NCBI GenBank assembly: GCA_011109175.1
Contig: RDEW01000059.1
Location: 202,012-266,011 of the forward strand
DNA: 64,000 bases
From: Dicyema japonicum
Taxonomy: Eukaryota; Animalia; Dicyemida
Direction of reading: 5' to 3'
Shown: piece by piece, positions 11,375 through 24,320 of the stretch
Layout: every line of letters begins with the position of its first letter
Numbering within the stretch: the stretch's first letter is position 1
Translations under genes and position numbers: made by a program
The notes under the pieces: generated by a model
The model's input: the letters and a program-made list of their open reading frames with translations, nothing else
The model's database searches: none
Told to the model about the DNA's origin: nothing

Positions 11375-13800
11375 TAAGTAATTCAGCCCTCACTAACTTG
11401 TAGGAGACCAGCGGCTATTAAGTAGGACGTAGCAAACGCCGGTTAATCCAATAAATCGAACAGTCTAGCCATTGTAGTCGGAGATTTTACCAATTCAGGA
11501 CAATCAAATAGGTGGGAGCGAGAGACAACTCTCATAAAAAATATGTTTTGGACTTTTTGTTGTTTATCGATAGAACTGAGGAAGAGGTTGACCAACAAGG
11601 ATTTGCATAGTTAATTGTGGTTCGAATGAAATGTTTATACATTATGATTAGAGAATCTTCGCTTTGGCCGAAGGAATGGCCCGATACAGCTTTCAGTATT
11701 CTGATTTTGTGATAGACCTTTGTGCATTGCTCCCCTTACATGTTTCGAAAAAACAATATTTGCTCGAAAATGACTCCAAGTATTTGGGATGTTTCGTAGC
11801 GGGAAGTGTTCGCCCATTAATTGTTAAAATTTTGTTGGCGGCGGTTGGATGTGAATATAGCGACGGTGGATTTCAGTGGAGAAGGAGATATATGATTTTC
11901 CCCAAGTCAAAGAGAGTTCAATGGTTCTGGAAATCAACATTACTGTCTTTGGAGGCGATAATCAGGTAATCCCCATATGATAGAAGTAGTGTCTCAAATT
12001 GATTGGAATATCGCTTAGGTGCAAGTTTAATAAGGTAGGAGCCTTGGGGACTCCGTTTGGAAGAAATCGGTAGTGAGATAAGCAAGACATAATTTCAGTT
12101 TGATCAAGTCTTCCAGAGAGGAAGACTTCGTTAGCCAATTCTGAAGACGTGGAGGAATTCGAGACGCAATAATTTTGTTACTTAGAACCCCTCTTGCTGT
12201 TCGATCAAATGCCTTGGTCAGATAAATCGGTGCAAGTACAGTCCGTTTGGGAGGATTGGAATCATTGAACCCATCAGCTATATACTGAGTTAGGGTAGAG
12301 AGATGCGTTGATGTTGAGGACGAAAATCATACTGTGAGTCTTAAAAGGGAGATAATCGAACATTAATTTGAATAAAATATGTTCAACAGTTTTGGACTCT
12401 ACGAATAGTAAAGAAATCGGTCGGAAGAATCCCGGATCTAAGGATCTTTTTAAGACCATTCATGTCCAGGTGCTAGAAATGGAAAATGCAGATTCCGTCT
12501 ATCTCTCGGGTGGAGAGTTTTTTGAGTTTTTGATAAGGTTTTTCAAGACAGTGCAGATGATTACAATATTTTCCACGAGGAGTGAGAACACTTCAATTTA
12601 CAAGGAAGGGAGTACTTATTCATGTTGATGTGACTCACTTTTACGTAGTGGTCCATCATTATATCTGCCTGATGAGCGAAATCACGTGGGGCTAGATTTC
12701 TGTCAATACTAGTGGCGTGGGTTGTGTCCATTCAATTTTGTGTTGACTGAATACCACGTAGGGTCCCCCAGAAATCCTTATGTATATTCAGGTAGTAAAT
12801 TTTGATGATGCAATTATTCCATCGTTCCAATTTCCCTTTGTTGGTTAACTCTGCAAATTCACCATTAAGGTTGGATAGTTCAGTCGTGGGGATCCTTGAT
12901 TTGTTAGTCGGCGTTATATGTGAATCTTTCGATAATTTCTGTAGAAAAATCTGTAATGAGGCCTTTTGGAATATTATTTTTGTCGGCATTGATAACCTCA
13001 TTAAAAAAATTTACGGAAATACCAATCGATTTAAAATTCTCTACGGAAAAACCGGACAGTAATTTTTCTGCTTCGCCGCGAAATGACTCCAATTTGAGTT
13101 TATTATGGTATTTGACCGTTGTTGATTGGTGGAGTGATCTGCACGAAGAATTGGGTTATGGTATGAATGATGGTCGTATATAACTTTGTGGGATATCGCC
13201 GAAGATAGCGATGGAGAATATAAAGGGACGACTGGAGAGTGTCCAGCTCCGGAAGCTGATTTTATCATTAAGGATGACTATAGTTGTTCAAGTTGAGATA
13301 GGATCTGAAACTCCCACCCAGTACTTCTTTGACTAATTAGCCAAAGTGGATATTTGACATTTAGGTCTTCACAGATTATGACATTTGTATTTCAGCCAGT
13401 TTTAGAGGATATCGTTTCACATAGGACCGGGTGGTGGGATGTAAATATTTACGAATGTGGTGTGCGGTTTATTTTGACAAGGATGGAAGAAAGATTAATG
13501 TGATTGTCACCATCATCAGAGTGTGTCCCAATTTGATTGTCTGAATAGTTTTGTTTCCTGTAAGAGTGAAATTAGCTCAGAGTATTGATATGCAACGTCA
13601 TTTATGTTAAATTGAATCAAGTTGAAGAATTTGCCATTTTTTGGGGCTGGGGGTTCTGTTCGAAATCCCCAGCGATGATTAGAAGCAGCAATCCGCTCGC
13701 TCAATAGCCGCCATCATCCAGTCTGATATCTCTGAGGTTGTTGAACAGGTTGACATTAGAGTAATTGTAGTTCATTTAGGATTGAAACTGGCATCCAATT
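11375..13800 (-). mobile_element. Degenerate near-complete LINE ORF2 (APE endonuclease + RT + C-terminus), family C
   Basis: EN: LIQFNIN...LLQETKL, NIYIPP, EDLNVKYPLW. RT: FRPISLL, NGVPQGS, PKYLGV. C-terminal PAFATSYLIAAGLL with (TAGC/TAAC)n tail. Many frameshifts. Confidence 0.75.
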
Positions 13801-13899
13801 TTCGCCGCGTTTAGTTGAGTCACATCAAAATCACTTTTTTAAATAATTAGGCTCGAGTGTCTCGCACTCGCACCCACTAAGAGACACGATCGTCCAAGC

Positions 13900-14020
13900 C
13901 AGGGGTCGGCAACCATGGCTCTTAGAGTCAATGTAACTCCGAGTTTTATATGGCTCTTTCTAATGATTAGCTACATCTCCAATAAAAACATTTTCAAGTA
14001 AGCAAGATACCATAAGGCTG
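13900..14020 (+). mobile_element. Left end (TIR) of a hAT/Charlie-like transposon
   Basis: CAGGGGTCGGCAACC followed by GGCTCT motifs typical of hAT 5' ends; right TIR not found. Confidence 0.5.
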
Positions 14021-14049
14021 CAAATTTGTTAATAGAGTGGTTGAATATC

Positions 14050-14390
14050 TTCGTAATGCAGCGATTCCATAATCCCAAGATTTTTAGGGGAGGATTATTG
14101 GGATTTGTCAGGTCAATTGGAATACGTTGTTTTGATGACTTTCAGTACATCACTCACCTCGTTTTCAGTGAAGTAAATCATATCAGGTGTCTTTTCGGTT
14201 TACTGAGATATAGAAGAGGTAGATCTGACTTCTTATGGTCCTTGTTGGATATTTTTACGTAATATTTTATCAGGTTATTAAAATTCTTTTGGCTGTGACC
14301 CCCTCAGCAGACCTTCCATCATCTCTTGAGAAGTTTCGAATAGTCTTCCAAAACTTCTGCAATGAATCTATTTCGGTTTAAAGATGAGAA
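14050..14390 (-). mobile_element. LINE RT N-terminal fragment
   Basis: YFTENEVSDVLKVIKTTYS..PD..KNLG resembles YFSDEDLKNALRFTRTTYSAGTD..LKNLG at 62958-63146. Confidence 0.5.
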
Positions 14391-14539
14391 CACATGCTAC
14401 CATCTCGGTTTCTGTGCTTTGAGCTCACTAATTTTATTTCATTGTTCAAAGGCAGGGGTTCTCAAGAGGGGCTCCGACTTCCAAACTTTAAAATAAATTT
14501 TATATATAAAATTAATTTTAAATTAATATCAAAGTCCTT

Positions 14540-16069
14540 GTCTGGGAAAGCTCGTTTCCTTGATGGATTGGATGGATACCGATATTTGGGAGTTCTTGAA
14601 GATAAGAACAGCAATGTTCTTAAAGGAGAAATTATGAATAAAATCTATGGAGAAGTATCTAAGCGGATCAAAAATTTGACGAAGACGGATTTAAACTCAG
14701 TGAACCTGTTTAAAGCTATGAATGAGTATGCAATCTCCCTTTACAACTATTACATTGGATTGATTGATATCGAACCTGGAGAGTTTGAACAGATTGATAA
14801 AAATATTCGCAGAATTCTTATGGACAGTCATATCCACTTGCAACCGGCAAACAAAGAAAGACTTTATCTACCAAGAAATAAATTTGGAAGAGGCCTCGAG
14901 TTAGTCAGTAACAAAGCAGAAAGAATGCTCCTCCAATTTTATAGTGATTTGGAACATAAGGCAAATTACTGCCTAAGAAGAGCGGGAATTCTACGGGTCA
15001 TTAATTCAAAGAAAATACACATGGCCACTATCGTAGAATTCATCTCAAGAAAGTACAACATTGAAAATGTGAAGGATTTGACAATGTTGAAATTGATGGA
15101 AATACAACATGAATATCTACTGGGAAAAATTGAAGAGAAATCGCTGCACTCTATTCTATTTGAGTGTCTGAAAGATACCGAAGTGAATATTGCTGAATCC
15201 TCAGGGTGGTTAGTTCATGGAAATCATTCTCCTGTAACCGAAGGAAGGCTGTGTCTGCTTCAGGATCGTAACATGTTTTTTGATAATGGAGAAGCCAAGT
15301 GCAAACATTGTAACTCAGGAAAGAAGACCGTTGATCACCTTGCAACTAGATGTGGGAGAATGCTGAATAGCTCGTATCTCAGGCGGCATAACGAGGTGGT
15401 CAGATGTATTCACTTACACCTCTGCCGTCAATATGGAATAAGAAAAACTAAGAAACTGAAGACCCACTCAGTCCAATCTGTTGTCTCAAATGAATTTGTG
15501 GAGATTCGTGTAGACACAACGATTAGTACAGATACGGCTGTACAGAATAACAAACCCGATATTTTCGTTCATGATAAGGTGCGTAATACGATTACTCTCG
15601 TTGAAATTGGGATCACGTCCCAAAACTGCCTCAAGCAAGTCGAGGTGGAAAAGTTCCATAAGTATGACTTACTGGCGAACGAACTCGGATGTATTCATCG
15701 CGCAAAGGTAAAAATAATCCCTGTAGTCATTACCTGGGATGGGATTGTTTCGAGATTCTTCAAGGGCCATCTGGATGCCCTCAAACTGGAGGAAAGGGTG
15801 AAAGCGTACATCCAAACGTTAGTATTGAGAAAGACGTTGGAGAGCATGCAAGCTGAAGATAGACATGGAGTATCGATACCTGATGAGGAGGAAGCTGATA
15901 AGGAATGTCGACCTAGGGGAGTCTCGGAATGTGGGTTGTGCGACAACGAAAACACACCTATACTGACAATTGACGTTGGCCCCAAGAAGAGGAGATTAGC
16001 TAATTAATTAATTACTTGTGACTCGTTGTTTCGTTAAAATATGGGACAATTTAAAAAAAAAAAAAAAAA
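14540..16069 (+). mobile_element. 5'-truncated R4/Dong-like RLE non-LTR retrotransposon, open frame to 16007, A17 at 16053-16069
   Basis: RT end YRYLGVLED, ERLYLPR..FGRGL, zinc knuckle CKHC...TVDHLATRC, RRHNEVV, RLE NKPDIFVHD...LVEIGI...KFHKY. Confidence 0.92.
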
Positions 16070-16119
16070 TTAAAGATATTGATAATACGTGTAATATTTT
16101 AATTACACGTATTATCAAA

Positions 16120-17830
16120 TATTTTTTAGGTGAGTATCTCTTCATGCCTACAAAGAAATATCGAACATCGTCTCAAGAAAATAGAGAATTTATATTAGAA
16201 TAGGAAGAAAAGTTTTTTTTGTCAAACAGTATGGTAAAGCAGTTTGTTTGATGTGCAACTGCGTCATTAATTCATTGAAAAATTTTACTATTGAACGTCA
16301 TTATAAGAAGCACTCCGAGATATACAATTTATATCTCGGAGAGTCAAGGAAAAAAATCGATATATCAAAGACGTCATTTAAAAAACAGTCCTCAATATTT
16401 AAAGTGGACAATACACATCAATTATCAACAGCCTATAAAATTAGTCATCTTCTTGCTGTAAATATGTAACCTTATTCTGATGGAGAAATTACTAACTGCT
16501 ATTTCCATTTTTGTGATGAATGTTGTCCATCAAATATTCAAAAATATTGCAAAACGACTACCATAGAATGTATTTCAGGAGCTTACCCGTCAGCTAATCT
16601 GGCTCTGTATTGTTAAAAATAATTTTTTTAGAGCATCGAAAGATTTTTTATATTATTGACACGAGTAAAGATATCTCTGATACCTAACAAATGGCCAAAT
16701 GTACAAGAGGTGTCACTTCGGATTTTAAGATTCATAAGAATTTTTTTCTCTTCGTTTATTAAAAGGCTTTCAAAAGGAATTGATGTGCTTAACGAATTTG
16801 ACATTGATCCCTCGAAATTAATTTCTACGTGTACTGACGGGGACCGAATATGCTGGTCGTAATAAAGGGTTTCGTGGACTTTTTTTGAATGGAGACTTGA
16901 AAAAAATTTTGATCCTAATTTTGTCATCATTTTCTCATACACCATGAGAATATAATAGCAAAGTCAAATGCAAAATGTGATAAGTGCGGTGCTGTCTATT
17001 GTGAATTCGATACGTGGTAAATCTCTCAATCAAAGGAGATGTAAAAAATCTTAAATAAAACTGACACAGTCCATAGTGATGCGCTTTATCATACCACGGT
17101 TCGATGGTTGAGTCGTGGTTTAAGAGGTATATTTGTTTGAATAAAACGTAGATTTTATGAACTACCCCCTCAAATAAGAGAATTTGTTAAAGACAACAAA
17201 TATCATGCTTTGTTGAACAGTAAGAAGTGGATTGCCAATTTAGCTTTTTGGGTCGATCTTTCTAATTTATCCTCGTAATCATGAATTACAGGGCAATACA
17301 AATTCTGTCATCAACTCTATGGATCAATTGCTTCATTTATATCAAAATTATCAAAGATACGACCCATTTCACTTTTTTGAGCGAAAATAAAGTCAGTGGT
17401 TCAGTTGAAAAATACACTGCCTTTATCAGTCACCTTATTGTAAAATTCGAAAAAACGCTTTAAGGTTTATTTAAATTAAGTTATTTTAAGAATTTTGATG
17501 AGATTTTGCCATTAGTGAAAATTTTTGCAGCTCCATTTAATAAAAATCCTGAGAATGCTCCACCATCACTCCAATGAATAGATAGATCTTCAATCAGATG
17601 TTGAATTTACCTCTCAAGATTGAAAATTTGATTGAATTTTATAGTTTACTTAAGAAAAATATCCGAATATACTACAAATGCTTATAAACATGTTTGGATC
17701 AACATATTTATCAATTTTCAGTAAAATTATTCACATAAAGAATAAATATCGAAATAAATTGACTGATAGTAGGTCACGTGTGCCTATTTTATTCCGTATT
17801 ATGACAAATTAGTTAACAATTAATTAAATT
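16120..17830 (+). mobile_element. Degenerate hAT transposase (GTF2IRD2/SPIN/Charlie-like)
   Basis: BED-like VCLMCNC...IERHYKKH, CTDG, VRWLSRG, FGSTY; multiple stops and frameshifts. Confidence 0.85.
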
Positions 17831-17868
17831 TTTGAATTAGTTTTTTGCGCCCCGAATGGACGGGTAAA

Positions 17869-18999
17869 TTATCGATTTGGCGTTAAAAAGCTTGAGAAAC
17901 CATGTTCAAAGGCCTCACTAGGGACTTGTCCTAAGTAGTTGATAGGACAGATTTTTGAGTCGATTTCTTTGACTAAGTCAGCCCTGCCATATCCACTGGC
18001 GTAGTTAAGGTGGTATTTAGGCGCAGACAGAGATTTCCTATCCTTGATACTCCTGTTTATATAAGCGAGTACTTTGTACATAGAAGTAATACCAGGTACT
18101 GCAGTAGGTTGTCATTAAGTGTACGTCAAGGTCTCCAGTTTTCACGTTTGTAGTTGAATTGTTCTGGAGAACACCTCCCTGAGATAATTTCTCTCTTGAT
18201 CTTCAAAAGAAAGGCATTGTGATCGTTTCTTGAGTTGTAAGTGACTGACCAGGTCTATATTTCCTCCAGGCCGGGAGAGCAAAGCCTGATGTCTGAAGAA
18301 GTTAGTTGGTCTGACTCCTTGAAGGGGGTTCTCGTATGATTTGACGGGTCATCATAACTGTGAAAGGACCTGTCTGCGATTTTAGTACTTTCCCTTTTGT
18401 ATCAGATGGTTGGTTTGCCAGCCCTAAACAGCGTTTGACGTTGATATCCACCAATGGGCTAAAAAAGGAAGCTAAAATAAATCAGACATAACGTAGTGTT
18501 CGGGAAAAAACCATATGGAAGCACGAAAATGTTCACAAAGGTAATTTTCCATTTGTTTTTTCAAGTGAGATTGAGTGGATTTCAGTAACATCGCCGTCTC
18601 CCAAGACATTCATCACCACTGAAGTGGTTTCCACGCATTTAAGGTATTTACAGTATAATGTGAGAAGAACACCACCTCGGTTCTTCGTCGGTTAGTCCGT
18701 ATTGACTTGTATCCAAAAACAGAGGGGTAGGACTGTTTAAAGGGAGTTTTGTCCCTAGAATCAAATCAATGAAAATCTTCAGCTCAGCCAGGAGAGAGCG
18801 TAGTTCCAAAATTTTCCCTCTCAACGTTCAACAGAAGAACGTGGTCCATAACTAGGTGGACCAGGAGTTCCTTGCAGGTAGTTGAAGCTGAAAGCGAATG
18901 CCGTCAAGGGGAAAAAATCCTCGGAGGTAAATGTCTAATAATTCTCTTTGGAGGAACATTATGAACGTTACCAATACTTACAGAATTGGTGAGCCACAT
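17869..18999 (-). CDS. Uncharacterised multi-exon gene, head-to-head with RABGEF1
   Basis: GC-richer, coding-like segments broken by candidate tiny introns; terminal ORF 17869-18081; weak Ras-association-like SASTTCKELLVHLV. Exon structure unresolved. Confidence 0.35.
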
Positions 19000-19102
19000 A
19001 ATGCCACGCAAATATTTCTGATATTAAAATTAAAAATTTGTGAATAAATTAAATTTAATAAAAATTAATTTAAATAAATAATGATCTAAATAACGTTTAG
19101 TT

Positions 19103-20329
19103 ATGGGTCAGGGAGATTTATCCGATCACAAAATGACTTTATTTTGCAAAAAGTGCGGGATATTTTATGGAAATCCAGAGTGGAATCACATGTGCTGGCA
19201 GTGCTATGATTTGTCCACCAAAACAGTATCTCAGACAAAAACAAAAACGTAACTATCTAATAATATACAAGTACCACCAAGTGGTTTCGGTGGATTGGCA
19301 AACTAAATAATGGTATCTCGTTAACATTAAAATTAGGAAAACCCACAATCTCCAAAGCCAACATTCGTGAGATGATCTCCAAAAACGGTCTCGACTATTT
19401 AACCCCTCGCTTCAACAATGATATCTGCACAGTGTTGTTCGACTTTATAAAGACGGTCACCAATTATTCGGACGTAAATGCAGCAAGTGAGATGTTCTCC
19501 CGACTTTATCGAGTGGTGACTGAACTCTATGCTTTTCATTTCAAAGAGATCGGTTTGTTAGTTCAATTAATCTCAGAATCTGACAATTTTAGACAGCTCA
19601 TTGACTGGGTCGAGGAGACCGTCGTGGATTTGATGCATCCTTCTATTTTCGGTTGTGTCAGAGACGAGCAGATGGACTTGGAACTTCAACACAAAATCTC
19701 GCGACTCTGTGGCTCAAGGGAAGGCACGTGGGTTGTCACTTAAAATTGGAGGATCAAAATGTTTCAAAATTCATAAAAATGGCCTCTGAGAGTACTGATT
19801 CCTAAATATTGTAGCATTGATAGGATTGAGCCTCCACAAAACGACCATCGCTAAACTCAATGCGATTACTGACTGCTGTGTTCACGTTCTTGACGCTCTC
19901 ATTTATCAGGTACAGCTGGAGGCATTCCAGGGACCAAATCAACCAATAAATGCCGATGATTTCGTCCCTGCTTTGATTTACGTAGTTATCCACTCCAACC
20001 CCCCTCAACTGATCTCCAATACTCGGTTCATTAGTCGATTTTCCTCCCCCATCGTCTTCAAATTGGGAAAATGGCTTATTACTTTACGAATATTGTAATA
20101 TTTTCCGTCATTTTAGTGTTCCGTGATTCATTATATTTTAAATGTTAACAAGTCTACCCTTCTTATCACCGATGAAGAATACGACGAGGTCATGTCTCCC
20201 TCCAAGGACACTGTGGGACACATCATGCAGTCCCTTGCCACTCGGATTCAGTCGCTTTCAGAACAGGCCAACAAGCTGTCTGTGGATATTGATAATCTTA
20301 CTGCCAGTTTTAATTCATTTTCTAATTAA
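19103..20329 (+). CDS. RABGEF1: Rab5 GDP/GTP exchange factor (Rabex-5), A20 zinc finger + VPS9 domain
   Basis: LFCKKCGIFYGNPEWNHMCWQC (A20 ZnF); AKLNAITDCC; NADDFVPALIYVVIHSNPPQLISNTRFISRF (VPS9); C-terminal coiled coil; tiny introns; one apparent 1-nt deletion near 19705. Confidence 0.88.
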
Positions 20330-20336
20330 TGATTTT

Positions 20337-21679
20337 TCATTTGGGGGACATTTCACTTTTTAGTAGCATTCCTTTCTCCCTTTGCCTTCTATTTCTTGGA
20401 GGCGTCATGCTATTTAACTGTGAAAGAGATTTCCAATGCCTGGCTGCATGCAAAAAGGATCTCACTCTTCCTTATTCCATATTGGATTCTCTAAGGTGGC
20501 AGATGGATGTGATCTCTGAAACTTTGACCGTGGGAGCGATCACTCGTTTGAGAACTCTTTTCTTTTAACGTGGTCCAGTGGCAATAAATTGTAAATATGT
20601 CACAACTATGGACACCAATACGACAGCATATCTACTACTGATGTAATGCGGTAAAGCCATTATCCACTGCACTAAAACGGAGAAGATACAACAAGAGTTT
20701 CTAGACGGATATGTGCTCCTCGAGATTAACAAGAAGTCTTCGTCTTTCATCAAAAGTCTGAAACCTCTGGCCATCCTCAGAAGCCGTGACTGATTCTGGA
20801 TGAGCTCTGACACGTTATGTCTGCGAAACCCAGTAACCTCCAGTTGATCTTGATTATTATAGGTAACACAGCGTCATTAATTTTTTAGCAATCATTGAGA
20901 AACACTCTTCCTACTCTGAGATTTTGTGGTTGACCTCGTCATTATTGTCGACTGAGATAAATAAGTAGAACTTGGTGATAATCATATTAATAAAATTTGG
21001 GACATTGGAGGTATGTCAATTTAATTTCAGTACCCCTGGTACATCGAGAAACAACCAACGAAGTGTGTTGAAAAGAAATAAGTCATTTTAAGCACATAAC
21101 TGAATGCATAACTAAAGATAGGAAAGAAAACGAAATGCTCTTGCAGTTGTGGAAAACTCTGATAACGCCATTAAAAGAAAGGAAAACAAATCTTCGATCA
21201 AGTAGCCACATGGGTCCACTTGTCGCTGCGTGGCTTTTCAAATAATTACGAAACAGATTAGATTCCTATTTGAATACTTTACCGATGATCTTTTCTTTTC
21301 CTGTTGGTTTTTCTGGTTAGTAGGAAATAGTCTCCATGTCTCAGATGCATTGGCCACAAAATGACAAGAAAAGAACAATTTTTGAACTGACCCACCAAAC
21401 TCCACTGCAGCGATCCCTTAACTAATGAGTAGTCGATTTTTTTAAACCTAAAAACTAAAAAAATTAACCCAAAAATTTAACGTTATAACTAAACAATAAA
21501 AACACTAAAACTTTTTGTAACATATACAAATTACATAATTTTCTAAATTTTCTGGTAGAAAATGTCTGTTGGATCTTAGAAAACTCTATCTCAGAGAAAC
21601 ATCGTTCATCCGAGCACGATGTTGGCTGACGATTCAGAAGTAATGAATACTCAGCAGGAGATATGTGTGAATTAGTCAT
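20337..21679 (-). CDS. Uncharacterised multi-pass membrane protein, convergent with RABGEF1
   Basis: ORFs 21464-21679 and 20565-20813 with hydrophobic stretches (VLVFLLFSY; CIFSVLVQWIMAL; AVVLVSIVVTYLQFI); candidate 21-nt intron near 21448-21468. Family not recognised. Confidence 0.45.
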
Positions 21680-21719
21680 TTTAATTATGTTTGAAATATC
21701 ATTTTTTGAAGCCTTTTAT

Positions 21720-22430
21720 TTATTTATTCTTTAATAAATTTGTTGTCATTTCCAATTTCCAACGATTCTAAACCATCATATGCTTGTTCAATTGTGAAGC
21801 GTGTACTTTGGTAATAATATCTGCAATAGCGACATTATTCGGAAACCTGAAATGTTCGATAGCTTCAGATAAGGTCACATAGACTGCTAATTAACACGTG
21901 GTTTTTGAGACTTTCTTTAGCTGTTCAACTAGATATCCATCATCCGCGAATGATTCGAAAATATTTTGAACTTCGATCAGATTTTCTGAATAGTATGTAG
22001 CGGCCTTAAGCCAGGTCCCGCATCTTGTCAAATGCACACGTGGTGGAATGGTGATGTTTCTGTCTTTGAATATTATTTTTTTATATGTTCTTGTTAATTG
22101 CCTCTTGTACAGTAGCTATCATCAAATCAATTTCCGGATAAGAGTCTCTTATTTTCTCACAAAATTGTGTAATAGAGGCACATGTGACATGGAATAACTT
22201 GGGGTAAAGAATTTTAAGTAGCCAGCTAAAACATAAAATTTTACCTGATTTCATATAATTTGCAACATCTGAATTTAACAAAATTAACATTAGTAGTAAG
22301 TCGTAGATATTTATTCAAAATAAATTCAACCACTGATTCAGAATGAACTTTCCAGTGGCGACCTTTATAAAAAATTAAAATCATTAGAATCTCAAATTTT
22401 AAATTTGAATTTTGGTATGACAATTATAGA
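21720..22430 (-). mobile_element. hAT-superfamily (DUF659-type) transposase remnant
   Basis: LLNSDVANYMK...LYPKLFHVTC...EKIRDSYPEIDLMI; PPRVHLTRCGTWLKAATYYSENL. Confidence 0.7.
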
Positions 22431-22604
22431 ATATTAAAATTAAAAATCAGAATTTGACTAAATTTATTATTTGAAATTAAAAAAAACAAGATTCCATTAA
22501 TTTAGGAAAAAATTTTTAACTTCATTCAAAATTAATAATTCTAAAGTAAAATCGGATGGCACATTGTAACGTGTGCAAACAAAAGGCCTGATGGCCCCAA
22601 ATTC

Positions 22605-22808
22605 GAAGGTTCTACGCATCTAAGACGCTTTACCTTGACGAGTTACGCCACAATCAGTGAACATCTCACTGCAGACCGAATTGTTAGTAAAGGACTCACA
22701 CACAACAAAAAGAAAAAAGTGAAGAGGCTCCTTGATTCGCATCGATGACATGAAAACTGTTATACTTAAAAAATAAAGTGTTTGTCCTCAGGGAAGAAGC
22801 TATAGCTA
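22605..22808 (+). mobile_element. Degenerate tRNA-derived SINE copy (body only)
   Basis: GAAGGTTCTACGCATCT, CTCACTGC, CACACAACAAAAAGAAAAAAG, AATAAAGTGTTTGT match 51056-51333. Confidence 0.6.
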
Positions 22809-22829
22809 ATATTTTTATTTTTTAATTTA

Positions 22830-23035
22830 TTTAACCCAAGACCGCGGTAAAACCAAACTAATTATCACGTGATCCTGATGTATTCTAACAGAGACCTCAT
22901 CTTTTTCCTGTGTTCTTCCTTCGTTCCAGCGCATAAACGTACAGGACGGCTGCCTGAATTTTCAGGCCACCTTCCCGTGATCTGGAGTCTAGTCTATAAG
23001 GGCCTCCAGAGCCATAGGTCTGGTTCAGTGATCTG
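22830..23035 (-). mobile_element. 3' end fragment of LINE family B
   Basis: CGGTAAAACCAAACTAATTATCACGTGATCC shared with 38950 and with the 3' end of the LINE at 61688. Confidence 0.7.
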
Positions 23036-23094
23036 GCTATTTTTATTAGTATTTAATTAAAAAAAGCTTTAAATATATCAAAGAAATAATTTAA

Positions 23095-23345
23095 AATAAA
23101 TAAATTCCAGATCGTCGGTAATCTTTTTTTTTCTCTTAGAAGAATTTGCTGCTATTTTTTTTCTTCTCCATCTCAATATTAAAGTTTGTCATTATATCTT
23201 CGTTCAGTCGAATGTCCTCACGGCATGCCAGTTCTACAAGTTGGGAGGTAGCAGAGGCGTACTCTTCATCGTATACCTTCATACCATGACCATGCTCATG
23301 TTCAAGCATTCTCTTGAAGACAACCGATTGGATGTAAGGATTAAA
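23095..23345 (-). mobile_element. C-terminal fragment of RLE retroelement; a short + strand piece also lies at 23810-23875
   Basis: PYIQSVVFKRMLEHEHGHG resembles AYIQTLVLRKTLESMQAEDRHG. Confidence 0.6.
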
Positions 23346-23949
23346 TCTTTTTTTTAAATTTTTTTTAATTAAATACTAATAAAAATAGCCAGATCACTTA
23401 CTAGCTCTCCCTTTTTTTGAGACTTCTTATATCCGTAGCGACAAAAGAACATACATTACTTTTTGCTTTCTGTTGAGGTAAGACTTGTTTACAGAAGTAA
23501 TTGACTAGTTCGATCTCAGCTGACAATTTAAGATTTTTTTCAAAGAATTTTCCAACCACGTACTCTACGCTTTAACTTTTGTAATAAAGCCTAATAACAC
23601 ACTGTGCAGCATATAGAATATCAGTAATCTGATTGATATCTTGGAAAGGATTATTTTTTGTTATGTAATATAATAAATTGGAGAATTTAATTGACTTTTT
23701 CAATTTGGAATTTTAGTTCCTCTAAGCCGGTGGTTCCCAACCTGGGTTCCGCGAAATTTATTCTAAATTATTTAATAATAGTTTTTAATAACACAAACAC
23801 GGGATAAAGGTTTCTGATGAAGAGTACACCTCTGTTACCTCTCAACTTGTGGAACTGGCATGCCGTGAGTGTAATATTCCATCATATAATGCCTAACACA
23901 TTTCTTGCTCCTGCCAAACTTCAAGACATTTATCGATGAAGCATCCTCA

Positions 23950-24320
23950 GTTCTCTTGTAGAACGTTGTGGAGAGGTTGTGGAGAGGCAATATAATTGCC
24001 GAACATCTTATAAAGCGATGTAAAAAAGATCATCCAAATGGAATAGAGATGGTTGTCATGTGGAAGGGTATTACAAAGTTAGTTCGAAATACGAGACGAG
24101 CTTGTAGTGTTTCTAAAGAAATTAAATTTTCCAATTTACAAAAATTTGGAAAACATATTTGGTTACAGAGAATTGCATATTTGGTTTCAATTTATAAAAA
24201 ACCGGATCACCTAATGCACTGGAGATCTCCGTGAACGCCGCTGGCTGTTTGAGAGAATTTAGCTCGCAATTCTGAGGGGGAACAGCCACTTAGTGTGGGC
24301 GGCAGCTAACTAACTTATGT
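23950..24320 (+). mobile_element. LINE C-terminal/3' end remnant; a hAT-like TIR lies nearby at 23728
   Basis: HWRSP.NAAGCL resembles the DLWxxPxxAAxFL LINE terminus; CTAACTAAC tail. Confidence 0.4.

Noticed and set aside
12660-12720. CTGATGAGCGAAA resembling a hammerhead ribozyme core
   Set aside because: There is no room for a stem II loop and stem I does not pair. The same 13-mer occurs in PDI coding sequence near 2835 on the minus strand.
20565-20813. PHY..SRYAVV...ATGP as a GT32/SUR1-like glycosyltransferase
   Set aside because: No DXD motif was found and the surrounding sequence is multi-pass hydrophobic; the similarity is too short.
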